Positions 30,193 to 42,400 of a DNA stretch of 64,000 bases are shown in pieces (positions within the stretch are counted from its first letter, which is position 1; each line of letters opens with the position of its first letter). The position numbers and the translations under genes were made by a program. Source of the stretch: an uncultured Candidatus Saccharibacteria bacterium (GTDB lineage Bacteria > Patescibacteriota > Saccharimonadia > Saccharimonadales > JAGQNJ01). The stretch covers positions 8,690 through 72,689 of the forward strand of contig CAZDDV010000003.1 in NCBI GenBank assembly GCA_964504275.1, written 5' to 3'. Below the pieces are notes generated by a model. The model was not told where the DNA came from and ran no database searches. It worked only from the letters and a program-made list of their open reading frames with translations.

Positions 30193-31431
30193 CTACAGCG
30201 ATTCTAGCAATTCGACCAATTTTTTAGTCTGGATTTTTTCACTCAAAGTTTTGGCTTGCTTGCTGGCTGCTTGGCCATATTTTTTGCGAGTTTTTTCATC
30301 ACTCAATAGTGTTAAAACTTTTTTGGCAAAATCTTTTGGATTGTTCCGCGCCTGTAACCCAGTCTTCTTTGTCACTAAAACTTCGTTAATTCCTTTGTCT
30401 ATCCAAACAGCCGGCAAACCAGTTAAAGCCGCTTCGTTAACCACCAAAGCTTGCGTATCAGTAAGAGAAGGGAATGCAAAAACATCAGCCGAGGCATAAA
30501 CCGAGCCAAGACTTTCACGCGGCAATCGGCCCACAAAAATAATTTGCTGAGGATAGTCGGACGCTCGCGCGTGTGCCTCCAGCTGTTCGCGGTAGCTAAA
30601 ATCGCCTACAAAAACCAGTTTAGCTTTTGGCTCTTTTTTGCCAATATGGTCAAAAGCATCGATCAGTAAGTCTAGGTTTTTTTCTGGCGCCAGGCGACCG
30701 GCGTACATCACAACCTTTTCGTCATCGTCTATATTGTGTTCGCGGCGGAACGCTTTAGATGCCTGCAGATCAACTGGCAGCGGATCAACACCAGTTGGAA
30801 TTGTCGATACCTTAACCGATTTATCCCATGACCGCAGTTGTTTAGTCATTTTTTTCGACACTGCCACCACTGCATCGCAGCGACTATGCAACACTGTGAG
30901 CATTTTTATAATCATATGTTTGCGGCGAGAAATATTATGATCACGGCCAAGAATCATTGCTTTAGTTGTTTCGCGGACTTCTTGCAATGACATATTAAGT
31001 GCAAATGGTGCGGCCATTGTGAGCGCCAACAAACCAAAAACCGCACTTGGATATTCTTCGATGTATTGGCTAACGTCGGTACAGTACTGCGAAACCAACG
31101 GAATTTCTTGCTTGATTGCGCAGTAAGCGCCCAGCATGCCAATTTGGCCCGGAGTGAAAAAGATAATCACATCAAGCTCAAGTTTTGCAATTCGCCGATA
31201 TTGTATTGGCGGAAAAAACAACGATGTGGCTTGGTCTTCAAAAAAAATATCGCCAACCGCTGGAATCCACAACATGTTGCCGCTCGATTCTGGCTCGCGC
31301 AAACCGGTTTTTGGCGCAACGACATATACTTCGTGCCCAAAAGCCTCTAAGTTTTTGCGGGCCGATTCCACCACGTGCACAATACCGTTCATTGCCGGCA
31401 AATAAGAGTCGGTAAAAAGTCCGATACGCAT
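30193..31431 (-). CDS. Glycosyltransferase family 4 (GT-B, GT1-type C-terminal domain)
   Basis: 412 aa. The N-terminus is RIGLFTDSYLPAMNGIVH. An EX7E-type region is FPSLTDTQALVVNEAALTGLP. Confidence 0.8.
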   Translation of the reverse strand: MRIGLFTDSYLPAMNGIVHVVESARKNLEAFGHEVYVVAPKTGLREPESSGNMLWIPAVGDIFFEDQATSLFFPPIQYRRIAKLELDVIIFFTPGQIGMLGAYCAIKQEIPLVSQYCTDVSQYIEEYPSAVFGLLALTMAAPFALNMSLQEVRETTKAMILGRDHNISRRKHMIIKMLTVLHSRCDAVVAVSKKMTKQLRSWDKSVKVSTIPTGVDPLPVDLQASKAFRREHNIDDDEKVVMYAGRLAPEKNLDLLIDAFDHIGKKEPKAKLVFVGDFSYREQLEAHARASDYPQQIIFVGRLPRESLGSVYASADVFAFPSLTDTQALVVNEAALTGLPAVWIDKGINEVLVTKKTGLQARNNPKDFAKKVLTLLSDEKTRKKYGQAASKQAKTLSEKIQTKKLVELLESL

Positions 31432-31452
31432 TGCTCCTATTTTAGCACGGGT

Positions 31453-32451
31453 TTATTGTAAGCGGTCACTAAGTCCGAGGCGCAACACCGCTAATAATGC
31501 GGGCATTGCATTTTGGTAGGCGTGGCCTTCACCCATAAGCGTCTGCGAACTCACGTTCAACCCCAGATCGCGCATTGCGATGGCAAACTGATCTTCCCAG
31601 GCTGCGCTCACAAGCCCATCCTGCGCCCGAACTGTATGAATGTGCGTACCGTGCTCTGGATCTACACTGAGGCGCCCAGAACACACTGCATCGGTCATAA
31701 TTTCGATTTGACGACCACGTGACATCGCTTTTGGCGTATGTCGGACGTGAGTCGCAAACTGTGCTTTAATTTGACCTCCAAGATCTGCTTCATCGGCCGG
31801 GAATGCCTCGCCGTTGTACGGAGTATAGTCCTTCATGTGCTTGCCGGCGCCTGCAAATCGCTTAAGGAATCTCGGGTACGAAATGCTCTGTAATGCCATG
31901 TTCTCTGAACTTATAACTGCCGAAATTACTGTGCCTTCTGGTGCCGTGGCAATCATTTCCGCACCTGTGAGCGTTGACTGTGAGTGGTTTAAAAATACCA
32001 CTGGCAAACGCCGACCATTTGCATCAAGAAGATGTTCATCAAGCTGTAGATCGCGCCAATGTCTTGTTGCAACGTCAAGCAGGCGTCCATTGTGTGCTTG
32101 CTCGATTTGACGTTCGGTCATCGCATTCTGTTTGCTTTCGGGGTGTCCCATGCCAGGAAAGCCCATAACTGCAACGCGCATATTTGTAGCGGCGGCCACA
32201 ACGCCAAACCGTGCTGCGTTGAACGGACGATCCGGCGTATCCGACCAAGACACCGGCGCAATAGCCAATGCTGTTGGGTTTTCGTTAGTTGTTACGCCAA
32301 AATATCGAGTTTGCAAGCCGCCTAAAGCCTCGGAATCAACCATACTCGTAATCTGCTGTTGTTCCATCAGAGCAGGATTCATAATCGCGTCGTGGCCAAT
32401 AAGTTCTTGCACCTCTGCTGTGTGGAGATATCGTTCTGTAACAGTGTTCAT
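31453..32451 (-). CDS. Hypothetical protein (possibly alpha/beta-hydrolase-like)
   Basis: 332-aa ORF with no confident family assignment. The fold suggestion is weak. Confidence 0.5.
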   Translation of the reverse strand: MNTVTERYLHTAEVQELIGHDAIMNPALMEQQQITSMVDSEALGGLQTRYFGVTTNENPTALAIAPVSWSDTPDRPFNAARFGVVAAATNMRVAVMGFPGMGHPESKQNAMTERQIEQAHNGRLLDVATRHWRDLQLDEHLLDANGRRLPVVFLNHSQSTLTGAEMIATAPEGTVISAVISSENMALQSISYPRFLKRFAGAGKHMKDYTPYNGEAFPADEADLGGQIKAQFATHVRHTPKAMSRGRQIEIMTDAVCSGRLSVDPEHGTHIHTVRAQDGLVSAAWEDQFAIAMRDLGLNVSSQTLMGEGHAYQNAMPALLAVLRLGLSDRLQ

Positions 32452-32518
32452 AGTGATTTATTATATCATAATATTGTGCTTATGCAATATGATACAATTA
32501 TGCTTAAGCTAATCAGAT

Positions 32519-33610
32519 ATGACAACACGTAAATCAACCAAGAAATCACGAGTGAATCGACTGCAAACATCTTTGATGAATTTTATTCGAAGCCCGAAAA
32601 AAATCCTCGCCGGAATTGCCATATTTATTGCCGCAATAATTGGCCTTATCGGTGCGAGTAATCTTATCGACTACAGCTTCAAAGAAGTGCCGAACCCAAA
32701 TTACGGTGTTAGTTTTTCTAAAAAATACTCCGAAGAACTTGGGTTAGATTGGAAAGCAAACTACACGGCACTGCTCGATGATCTGAAGATTCGAAACTAC
32801 CGGCTGATGAGTTATTGGGATGTTGGTGAACCAAAACAGGGAACATATGATTTCAAAGACTTAGATTGGCAAATGGACGAAGCGCACAAACGTGGTGCAA
32901 AAGTCAGCCTTGGGCTAGGGCTTCGGCAACCACGTTGGCCGGAATGTCATCGACCAAGTTGGCTGTCTGCACTCGATAAAGAACAGCAAGAAGCTGCGCT
33001 TATAAATTATCTTTCCGTAGTAGTGAACCGCTATAAAAATCACCCGGCACTCCTGAGTTACCAACTCGAAAACGAAGCGGTCAATACCTGGTTTGGCGAA
33101 TGTACCGCGGCCGACATCGACAAAGAGCGGTTAGCACGCGAGTACAATCATGTTGCGTCACTGGACCAAAATCACCCCATTTGGATGAGTCTAAGCGATC
33201 AACACGGCCTGCCGCTTGGCGAACCCACGCCAGACCAATACGGCTATTCAGTGTATCGCGTTGTTTGGAATGACAAGACTAAACCGTTCGAATTTTACCT
33301 GACGTATCCAACACCAGTTTGGTATCACAAATTACGCGCGCTTTGGATCAAAACATTTAAGCACCGCGACATTTTCGTACACGAACTGCAGCTAGAGCCT
33401 TGGGGACCAGTTGGTACCAAAGACTTGTCGATCGAAGAGCAAGAGCGATCCATGGATACTGATCAGTTATCAGAAAACATCCAGTTCGCGCGCAAAATTG
33501 GCGCACGCGATATTTACACTTGGGGCGGAGAGTGGTGGTACTGGCGCAAAACTACTCAAAGCGATCCAACAATTTGGGAGCATGTGCGCTCGGAGTTAAA
33601 TCGAGAATAA
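32519..33610 (+). CDS. Membrane-anchored clan GH-A glycoside hydrolase-like protein (cellulase/GH5-like)
   Basis: 363 aa with an N-terminal transmembrane helix. NHPALLSYQLENEA contains the typical NE catalytic motif, and there is a later LQLEPWG. Confidence 0.6.
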   Translation: MTTRKSTKKSRVNRLQTSLMNFIRSPKKILAGIAIFIAAIIGLIGASNLIDYSFKEVPNPNYGVSFSKKYSEELGLDWKANYTALLDDLKIRNYRLMSYWDVGEPKQGTYDFKDLDWQMDEAHKRGAKVSLGLGLRQPRWPECHRPSWLSALDKEQQEAALINYLSVVVNRYKNHPALLSYQLENEAVNTWFGECTAADIDKERLAREYNHVASLDQNHPIWMSLSDQHGLPLGEPTPDQYGYSVYRVVWNDKTKPFEFYLTYPTPVWYHKLRALWIKTFKHRDIFVHELQLEPWGPVGTKDLSIEEQERSMDTDQLSENIQFARKIGARDIYTWGGEWWYWRKTTQSDPTIWEHVRSELNRE

Positions 33611-33675
33611 TATTTTGTAATATTTAGCTTGTTATGTCTATACTTCTTATCCTTTTGTATGTATAATGTAATCTT

Positions 33676-34131
33676 ATGAAAAAGCGAAATGTAAGTCAGC
33701 ACAAAATTGTGAATCGTCGCGCTCGGTTCGATTACGAGTTAGATGATAGTTTAATTGTGGGTGTGGTTTTAACTGGTCGCGAGGCAAAATCGCTCCGGCA
33801 AGGTCACGGCCAACTTCGTGGCGCCTATGTAACTATGAAAGACGAAGAACTCTGGCTCGTAAATGCGGCCATCAACAACGGCAAAACATTTGTGATCGAA
33901 GAAGAAGAGCAAACTCGCTCACGCAAACTACTAGCCAAGCGCCGTGAAATCGATGGATTCATAGCTGCCAAAAAACAGGGGCGAACAATTGTGCCGTTAG
34001 AATTTTTAACCGGTGGTCGTCACATAAAACTCAAAATCGCCCTTGGTAAAGGTAAGAAAAACTACGATAAAAGAGACGCAATCAAAAAACGCGATCAATC
34101 CAGAGACGAAATGCGCAATCTCAAACACTAG
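33676..34131 (+). CDS. smpB: SsrA-binding protein SmpB
   Basis: 151 aa. Contains NRRARFDYELDDSLIVGVVLTGREAKSLR and KLLAKRREI. No tmRNA gene was recognised in the window. Confidence 0.95.
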   Translation: MKKRNVSQHKIVNRRARFDYELDDSLIVGVVLTGREAKSLRQGHGQLRGAYVTMKDEELWLVNAAINNGKTFVIEEEEQTRSRKLLAKRREIDGFIAAKKQGRTIVPLEFLTGGRHIKLKIALGKGKKNYDKRDAIKKRDQSRDEMRNLKH

Positions 34132-34138
34132 CAAAATT

Positions 34139-35659
34139 TTACTCGCGGCGAAGTGCGTCGATTGGGTTGATTCGCTCGGCTCGGCGCGCAGGGAAGTAGA
34201 CGACCAGCAAACCAACAAGTGTCGTAAAAGCCAAAATACCGACAACCGCCCACCATGGATACGCGAACACGCTAAATGATTGCGTGACACCACGCCCCTT
34301 TGCGCCGGAGTTCAAATAAATATTAACCGCCGTTCCGGCTGCCATTGCCGTAATAATTCCGATCACGGCGCCGGCAAATGAAATCAACAGCGCTTCAAAA
34401 ATGAACAATTTGCGCATATCAGAGCGGCGGCCGCCGAGGGCCATCATCAGCCCAATTTCTTTGGTTCGCTCGAGTAGCGAAATGGTCAAAGTGTTAAACA
34501 TACCCAGCACGGCTACGATCATACCAATCGAACCAAAGCTGATCAAAATAACGTTGAAAAACTTAAATATTTTATTTATTTCTTCGAGCGTATCGACCAG
34601 CGAGGTGGTTTGAAATCCATTACTTTCTATTTGTTTTCGAAGGTCAGGTATGGCGGCGGTTTCATCGGCGACCACCTTAACCTGCTGATACACTGGAACG
34701 CCAGCGGTAGTGAATATTTCGTCGATTGTGAATATTTCGCTGCCGGCGCCAGATTCGAACACACCAACAATCGTGAATGAATCGCGGATCTCTTTTGTAT
34801 TTGCCTGTACTTTTTGCAGGGGTATCGCTAGGTTGATCTGTTGATTTATGGCTTTTTTAGGATCTTCGATACCGATTGCTTTTAGCGCCGAAAGATTAAC
34901 CATAATCGCCCGCGGGTCACGTTCGTCCAGCAAACGACCTTCGCGCAAATTAAAACTCGTCGTAGATTGATAGTCGGTGTTTATGCCGTATACAACCGAG
35001 TCAACTCCGCCGCCGTTAAATGCGATACTACCTGGGAACGAATACTGCAAACCAACTTTTTCAACGTGTGGGTAACTACGCATGCGATTGATGGCGTCGT
35101 CGTTTAGTTGCAAAATTTTAGAATTTGGCGAATTCACCTCAAGCGCCTTGAGCGACTTATCGCCAATAACTTGCTTCGTGACAAGATCTTGGATACCAAC
35201 ACCAAACGACAGCAAGAAGAAAATTGACCCGATACCGATCACGACACCCGAAACGGTCAGGAAAGATCGCAACTTTTTGGTCGAAATATTACGAAGCGCC
35301 ATGTGTAGTAAAATACGGACTTTCACGGCAGTGAATTTCTCTCGCCGCTGCACATTTTTGGCGGCTTCTGGATTCATTTCAATATGTTTAAAGTCTGATG
35401 AAGAATCGTCTTCTTTTGACTCCGTACTGGGCTTTGTGTCTGACTCCGGCTTTATTTCTGGCTCTGTTGTTGGTTTTGGCGGTACTTTTATATCTTCTAC
35501 GGTCGTTACAGGGCGAGCAACATCGTCATTTGCTGGTGCGTCAGGCGTAATCAGTAACATGTCGTTAGCGCTATCTGGTTTTGGTTTACGCTCAAACCAA
35601 ACCGATGGTTTGCCGTCCTCTTGCTGGGATTTTTTGCGACTAGGCAGTATGGGTTCCAT
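34139..35659 (-). CDS. MacB/FtsX-type ABC transporter permease with a long low-complexity N-terminal extension
   Basis: 506 aa with the FtsX C-terminal four-helix region and a large periplasmic-type domain. About 110 N-terminal residues are Pro/Lys/Glu/Asp-rich. Confidence 0.85.
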   Translation of the reverse strand: MEPILPSRKKSQQEDGKPSVWFERKPKPDSANDMLLITPDAPANDDVARPVTTVEDIKVPPKPTTEPEIKPESDTKPSTESKEDDSSSDFKHIEMNPEAAKNVQRREKFTAVKVRILLHMALRNISTKKLRSFLTVSGVVIGIGSIFFLLSFGVGIQDLVTKQVIGDKSLKALEVNSPNSKILQLNDDAINRMRSYPHVEKVGLQYSFPGSIAFNGGGVDSVVYGINTDYQSTTSFNLREGRLLDERDPRAIMVNLSALKAIGIEDPKKAINQQINLAIPLQKVQANTKEIRDSFTIVGVFESGAGSEIFTIDEIFTTAGVPVYQQVKVVADETAAIPDLRKQIESNGFQTTSLVDTLEEINKIFKFFNVILISFGSIGMIVAVLGMFNTLTISLLERTKEIGLMMALGGRRSDMRKLFIFEALLISFAGAVIGIITAMAAGTAVNIYLNSGAKGRGVTQSFSVFAYPWWAVVGILAFTTLVGLLVVYFPARRAERINPIDALRRE

Positions 35660-36434
35660 GCGCTTTTCCTTTCCCTAAATTATCAATTCGCTCACGCATT
35701 TTATCAAGCAGCTCGTTGGCAGTTTTCTGGATATTCTCGTCGTGCTGTTCGACCACATTACCATCTTCGATGTGGAGTAAATTATCAGCTAGCGGCATGT
35801 ATTCCATGTTGTGCGTCACCAGAATAATAGTTCGCTTTAGCACCGTCTGACATTCTTGGAGTAAATTCATAATCTTGTCACCGTTTTTGCTGTCCAAACT
35901 TCCGGTCGGCTCATCGGCAATAATAAACAGGGGATTATTAACAATGGCGCGTGCCATGGCGATTCGTTGTTGCTCACCACCAGATAACATCGACGGATTC
36001 TTTTTTGCGTAGGCGCCCATTCCAACTTGTTCGAGTGTCGCCAACGCAATTTTTGCAGCAGCACTACGAGAATAGCCCAAAAAATACAGGGGAATAGACA
36101 CGTTTTCGATAACACTCAAACTTTTAACCCAGTAATTTTGCTGGTAGACAATACCGATTTGATTTGCACGAAATGCGGCAAGCTCGTTGGGCTTCAACTC
36201 GTACAAAGCATCGCCGCCAAACACGACACGACCGGTCGTTGGTTTTTGCAACCCCGACAAAATGTTTAGAAGTGTAGATTTACCGGAACCTGATGGACCA
36301 TAGATGATATTAAAACTGTTAGAAGACAAGTTAAAGTTAATGTCGTGCAGCACGTTAACCATTTCTTCGCCAACTTTAAACGACTGACTAACCCCGCTCA
36401 AACTAACGACATTTTTGATAACAGTTGTATCCAT
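35640..36434 (-). CDS. ABC transporter ATP-binding protein (MacB/LolD-like)
   Basis: Walker [10 protein letters not shown], signature LSGGEQQR and Walker B FIIADEPT. It starts 25 nt after the giant-protein stop. Confidence 0.95.
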   Translation of the reverse strand: MDTTVIKNVVSLSGVSQSFKVGEEMVNVLHDINFNLSSNSFNIIYGPSGSGKSTLLNILSGLQKPTTGRVVFGGDALYELKPNELAAFRANQIGIVYQQNYWVKSLSVIENVSIPLYFLGYSRSAAAKIALATLEQVGMGAYAKKNPSMLSGGEQQRIAMARAIVNNPLFIIADEPTGSLDSKNGDKIMNLLQECQTVLKRTIILVTHNMEYMPLADNLLHIEDGNVVEQHDENIQKTANELLDKMRERIDNLGKGKAHGTHTA

Positions 36435-36459
36435 TATTGTTTTCCCACCGTTACTATCA

Positions 36460-39400
36460 TTACAAACCGAACACTCTCTGCAGTGTATTAAAGATAATCG
36501 TCAAAACGCTTTCACTGGCGCGGCCAATAATCACCGATTCTGCCTCGCCGAATCCTGCATTGCCGGCTTTATCGCGCGAAATTGGCTGAATACTGTACAC
36601 CCGCGATGTCGGTAAATCAGAAACAACCACAATGTGTTCGGTAGTGAGCTGCGTATCCTCGGTGGTTCGGCTGTTAAACACCACTGCATCAGAACCTTCG
36701 GCGTAACCAACTTGGCTACCAGATGGCTCGTCGGTTTTCCACGAAACAATCACCTGACCGCGGGCCTCAGCGCCGGTACCACGAATTGACGGTTCAATAT
36801 TAATATCGGTCACTTTTGGCGGTCGAGTATCAAGCGCCGTTCTAAATTCCTGCCGATCGGACACAGCCAGATTTCCGTCCACGTCACGGCTTTGCGCAAT
36901 CAAGAAGTAGCGACTATCATCTTGCAAACCCCTGATGATTATCTTGTGATTTGTTTTGAGCTTAGAATCCTGCACATCTGTTCCGATTGTACCGGTGATG
37001 CCGTAGGTAACATTTGATGTCGAAGCAACGTTGGTTTGCCAGGTAATTTCCTGCGTGCTGGTTGGCTCGCCGGCAACAGGCTGGAATCGTAGGTTATTTA
37101 TTTGCGGTCGTGGCGGGGTAGTGAAGGCAAAGATCGTTCCGTCGTAGCGGTTTCCTTCACTATCATAGGCAGAAATCATATAGAAATATTTGACGCCATC
37201 TTTGAGCCCGTCGATATCAATATCGTATCTTGATTCTGTAGTTGATGTATTGATAGATTTGACGCCACCAAATGATTCGTTTTGTCCGTAGAAGATGTCG
37301 ACTTTGTTCGCACCCTGAATCGTAAAGCTAATAATGGCTGAGCTCAAACCAATCTTAGTTGTCTCGACTTCTTTCAGGATTGGGGCAGGCGAGGTGCTGA
37401 ATGAATATTCCTGGCTAACGCCGGTGTTTCCGTCCTCGTCCGTCCATTTAACAATGTAGTAATAGGTGGTTCCGGCTGCCAAGTTGTCGAGGTCGATTTC
37501 GTGCGACGTAACTTGCTCAGAACTTCCGACTTCTGAGGCGGCATACTGTCCGCTTTTGGTTCCAAGCGCGACTTTAGAGTCGCTGGTTCTATCGGTTGAC
37601 CAGCTAATTGTGGCGCGCCTGGTTGTTACATCGCTCTCCACAGGATCGCTCGTCATAGTGGCCGCATCGGTGAATTTACCGGTTGGTGTCATATCAACTG
37701 TCGAACTATTGGCACTACAATTGCCGGTGCTATCGCATGCTTTAACATAGTAATAGTAGCCCTGTTGGCTGAGGTTTGCATCAATATACGTCGTACTAGA
37801 GCTGCTACCGACAAAGCTAAATGTTGCGTTATTGGTTGAGCGGTAGACTTTGTAGCTGCTGATGCCGGCGCCGGTGTCTTCTGGCGGTTCCCAGGTAAGC
37901 GCCAAGCGCCAGTTGTTGGTGGTCTTAATAGAAACATCAACGATGTCGACGTTTGTTGGTAAGCCTGGCGACGGCGTGTTTGCCTCGAAAGTAATACTAG
38001 AATAATTGTCGTAGTTAATATTGTTTGATTCGTCACGGGCCACAACGTACATGGTGTTTTCGCCTGGTTGCGTAGCGTACCCGCCAGAACTCAGCGAGCG
38101 AGTCGTGGTATACGAACAGTTCGAAACCGACGGCTCGCTATTAATCGTATAGCAATAGGTCAGGTTGTCTTCGTCGCCAACAAACGTGCCTGGCGAATCC
38201 CACGAAAATGCAAACGAGTTGGCGGTGTTTGTTTCTGGCGTCACGTCCAAGTTTTGTGGTTCGGACGGCGCGCCGTTGGTGTTTACTTTGAGCGCAGCTG
38301 TCACATACGAGCTGGTGACGTTTCCAGCTTCGTCCCATGTTCTAAAGTACACCGTATTAATACCATCGATAATATTGTTAAAATCTGTCGGGTCAATAGT
38401 GGTATAGTTGCCGTCGTTGGCGAGTAAGTCCGTAATGTCACCGGTTCCAGAATGACTATCGCCGAACCAAGTCGTGCTGCCAATTTTGTACTGCAAGCCA
38501 GTAACCCCAGAGTGAGCATCGCTGGCAGCCTGACCGCCAACAGTTGCCCAGCTCAGCGTCGCTTCTTTGGTGTTGATAAATCCTGACGGCGCGGTGATAT
38601 AGCCAGGATTTTGCGGCACCGTATTATCAAAACGGAACTGGAAGCTGGCGTTTGATCCAATGACATTTCCGGCTTGGTCAATCGCTCGAACGTGCAAATA
38701 GTACGGACTACTCGAAGAGGTAAGCGCGGTAGAAATATAGCCGCTGGTCGCAAAGTCTACTGAATTCGAGCTAACGGCGAATTCGCAATTTCCGCCAGCA
38801 TCAACAGGGCTTGCGCCAAGTAATCCTTTGGAGGTTTCTGGGTTTCCGGAAGCATCTTGGCCAAGGTACAAACAGTATCCCAAAATTCCAGAATCTGCGT
38901 CCGCGCCAGCCGTCCACGTGAAGTACGGCGACGCGCCGTTCGTCCAATCATTCGAACTCAGCGATGCGCCACCGTTTGTTTTGTACGCTGCCAGGCTTGA
39001 GGCGTTTGCAGACGGATCAATACTATCAGACGTTGCTTCGATTGTGACGTCATTAAGCGTTACGCGCTGATCGCCGTCGCCGTCAAAAATTGCTTGCCAG
39101 CGGATACCATCGAATGTCACGGGCAGGGAAGCGATATTGGTATTGATTGCCGCTGCGGTGTTAGCATCATTTACTGAGCCTGATGTTTCCCACGAATCAC
39201 CGTCCCAATATTTCCAGCTTGCGGCGTCATCATTGGAAACACGATACGTAATGGCGCCGCCATTTGCTGTTTCGGTGGCCGCAAACGAATCAATTGTGTT
39301 AACGCCACCAGCAAACACAGCGTCGTTAACTGTGACCGATTCTTTGGTGTCTACATATGGGTTTGTCGTAAAGCTCGTACGCGCAGTGTTGCTAATTCGA

Positions 39401-42400
39401 ACTTCGTCTAACAAACCAGTGAAGTAACCCTGGCCTTCACCACGACCACTGCTGCCGTAGGTTGAGCCAATCAGTAATGGCGTGCTGGTATTTGGAATTG
39501 ACACGGACTTTGAAGCAGATGCATTCTCGACACCGTCAATAAACAATTTCATTGTCGATCCGTTGTACGTTGCTGCAATATGATGCCAGTTTGTATCCTG
39601 TGATGTCTGAGCGCTGGCTAAAAATCCATTGTCGCCATAGCTCCACATCGCCGCGTCGGCGTTGCCCGTAAAACCTGTTCCGGCAAAAAGCTTTCCGTTG
39701 TAATCAATCAGCGAACCAACATATTCAATGGTGGTTGTCCAGCCAGCGTTAATACTATCACCACCTATTTGTGTCCAGGCTGTTCCGTTGTATTCCCAAA
39801 CCTCACCGTCCCCAGCGGTATCACCAACACCAACATATAATTTGCCGTTATATATGGCCATGGAACGAACACGTTCAAAAGTACCAGCTGTCCAACTGCC
39901 ATCGACATCATCGCCGCCGATTTTTTCCCAGATTGTTCCGTCGTATGCCCAGACTTCGGCGTCATCGGTTGATGAGCCCAAACCAACCACCAGCTTTCCG
40001 TCGTAAACGCGCATAATATAAACTTCTTCTAAACTTGCGCTCCAGCTGCTTCCCGTACCGTCGCCGCCAATCTTGGTCCAAGTTGTTCCATTGAATTTCC
40101 AGACTTCGGCGTCGTTAGCAGAAATACCAATGCCGGCATAGAGTTCGTTGTTATAAACGGTCATGGATAGTACTGATTCCATATTTAGCGCGGCTGCCCA
40201 GCTGCTGTTGACGCCGTCGCCGCCAACGCGAGACCAGCCTGTACCATTCCAGCGCCACACCTCGGCATCTTGAGCTGAACTTCCAAGCCCAGCGTACAAA
40301 TTACCGCCCCAAACACTCAGAACATTAACTGCCTCAAAACCAGTGTTCCAACCAGAGTTCACGTTGTCGCCGCCAACCAAAGTCCAAGTTGATCCATTGT
40401 ATTTCCAGACTTCGGCGTCGTTAGCAGTCGTACCTAAGCCCGCATATAATTCACCTTTATAACTCTGTATGGTATAGACGTTTTCGTAGGCATCAGCTGC
40501 CCAGCTCCCACGAATGCCTTGACCGCCAATCACACTCCACGATGTGCCGTCATATTCCCACACCAACGCGTTGCCAGCTACAGTAACACCGGTGCCCGCA
40601 TACAATTTACCGGCGTGCGCCATGGTTGATTCGACGCTTTGCAAGTTGTAGCCGCCCCAACTTTGATTGACATAACTACCGCCAGTCCAAGTCCAGGCCG
40701 AGCCGTTCCAACCCCACAACGTGCCGTTACCAGCAGCGTCGTACAAACCAGCGTACAAAGTGCTATTTCCGTAGGCCAGTGCATACACACCGTCGCCTTG
40801 ATTAGCAGAGAAGCCGCTGTTGACGCCGTCGCCGCCGATTTTTGCCCACACTGTACCGTTCCATCTGAATACTTCGCCATCGCCGTTAGTGTTACCAACG
40901 CCTGCGTACAAATTAGTGCCGTCATTTGCGAGTGCGCCAACAATTTCGTACGTGCTTGCGGCCCAGCTACTACTTAAACCGTCGCCCCCAATTTGCGACC
41001 ACGTCGTACCATTATAGCGCCAGACGTCGGCATCGCCAGCGGTCAACCCAACGCCGGCATACAAGTTTCCGCCAAAATACGTCATGCTCAAAACTTGCTC
41101 GATGTTAGCGGCAGCGGCCCAGCTGCTATTGGCGCCGTCGCCGCCAACTCGGTTCCAAGCAGTTCCGTTCCATCGCCAAACTTCGGCATCTTGAGCTGAG
41201 TCACCCAAGCCCGCGTACAAATTTGTACCATCATTAGTTAGCGATCGAACCGCCTCAAAGTTTGTGTTCCAGCCAGAGTTTAGGTTGTCGCCACCGATTT
41301 TTGCCCAGGTTGAACCGTCCCATCGCCATACTTCAGCGTCGTTGGCAGTTATACCAATACCGGCGTAGACATTGCCGCTGTACGCATCAAGCGAAAACAC
41401 TGCTTCAAAGGTACTGATGGCCCAGCTATTGTTGACGCCGTCGCCACCGATTTTATCCCAGTCACTACAGCCACTAGACATGTCACAGCTCCAGACTTCG
41501 GCGTCGCCAGCAGTGTTTGTACCCAAGCCTGCATATAGCGTAGTACCGCTGATCGTTAATGCGTGCACGTCCTCAAACTGTTGATCTGCCCAGCTACTAT
41601 TTTTGCCGTCGCCACCAATCTGTGACCACGAGGTACCATTCCATTTCCAAACTTCGGCATCACCAGTTCCAAGACCCAGCCCAACGTATACATCAGTACT
41701 GTTGGTAACCGTAGCACGAACAATACTTCTACCATCAGCATCCCAGCTACTATTGGTGTCGTTTCCGGCTTCTCGCGACCAAGAAGACGCGCTGCTGTTT
41801 GCAATTTCGTAGTTAACTTTGCCAGAGGTGCGATCATAGTACAAACGATACGCGCCTTTGTCTAAAACACCTTGATCCTGACTTGCCTCTGTATTAAACG
41901 TGCTATCGAATTTAGTCCATGCCTCCAGTGTGTGCGACCCAGTCAGCGACAAGCTTGCGCTATCAGGAACCGCCACGTGACTGCTGTTACCGTCCAAATC
42001 TAAACCGTTATTAAGATTAGCCGCAACCCATGCCGTCGCGCTGGCTGTTCCGTCGTTATTGTTGCTGGTGGTGTCCGAAACAGTGCTGCCAGCTATTTCG
42101 TCCAGGTGATACAGCGCCGCTGTGCTACCGTCGGATGCGTAATTTTGCGCCTTTAGCCGCGCGGTGGTGCTGTCTGTTTCGATCGAATCATCGTCAAACG
42201 TAAAGTTTGCTGCAACTGTAAAATCCCAATTTTCCGTCAGATCAGATGCCGCAAAAGCCTGGCGAAAACTAACAAAAATCATCGACGCAATAAAAACGAC
42301 GTATACCAGAAAAATCGCCATGTGCGTGTGTTTATGGAAGCGCCATTCGTGCCAGCGTCGGTACCAGTTTACTCTTGAAAGCAAATAGACGTGCGGTCGA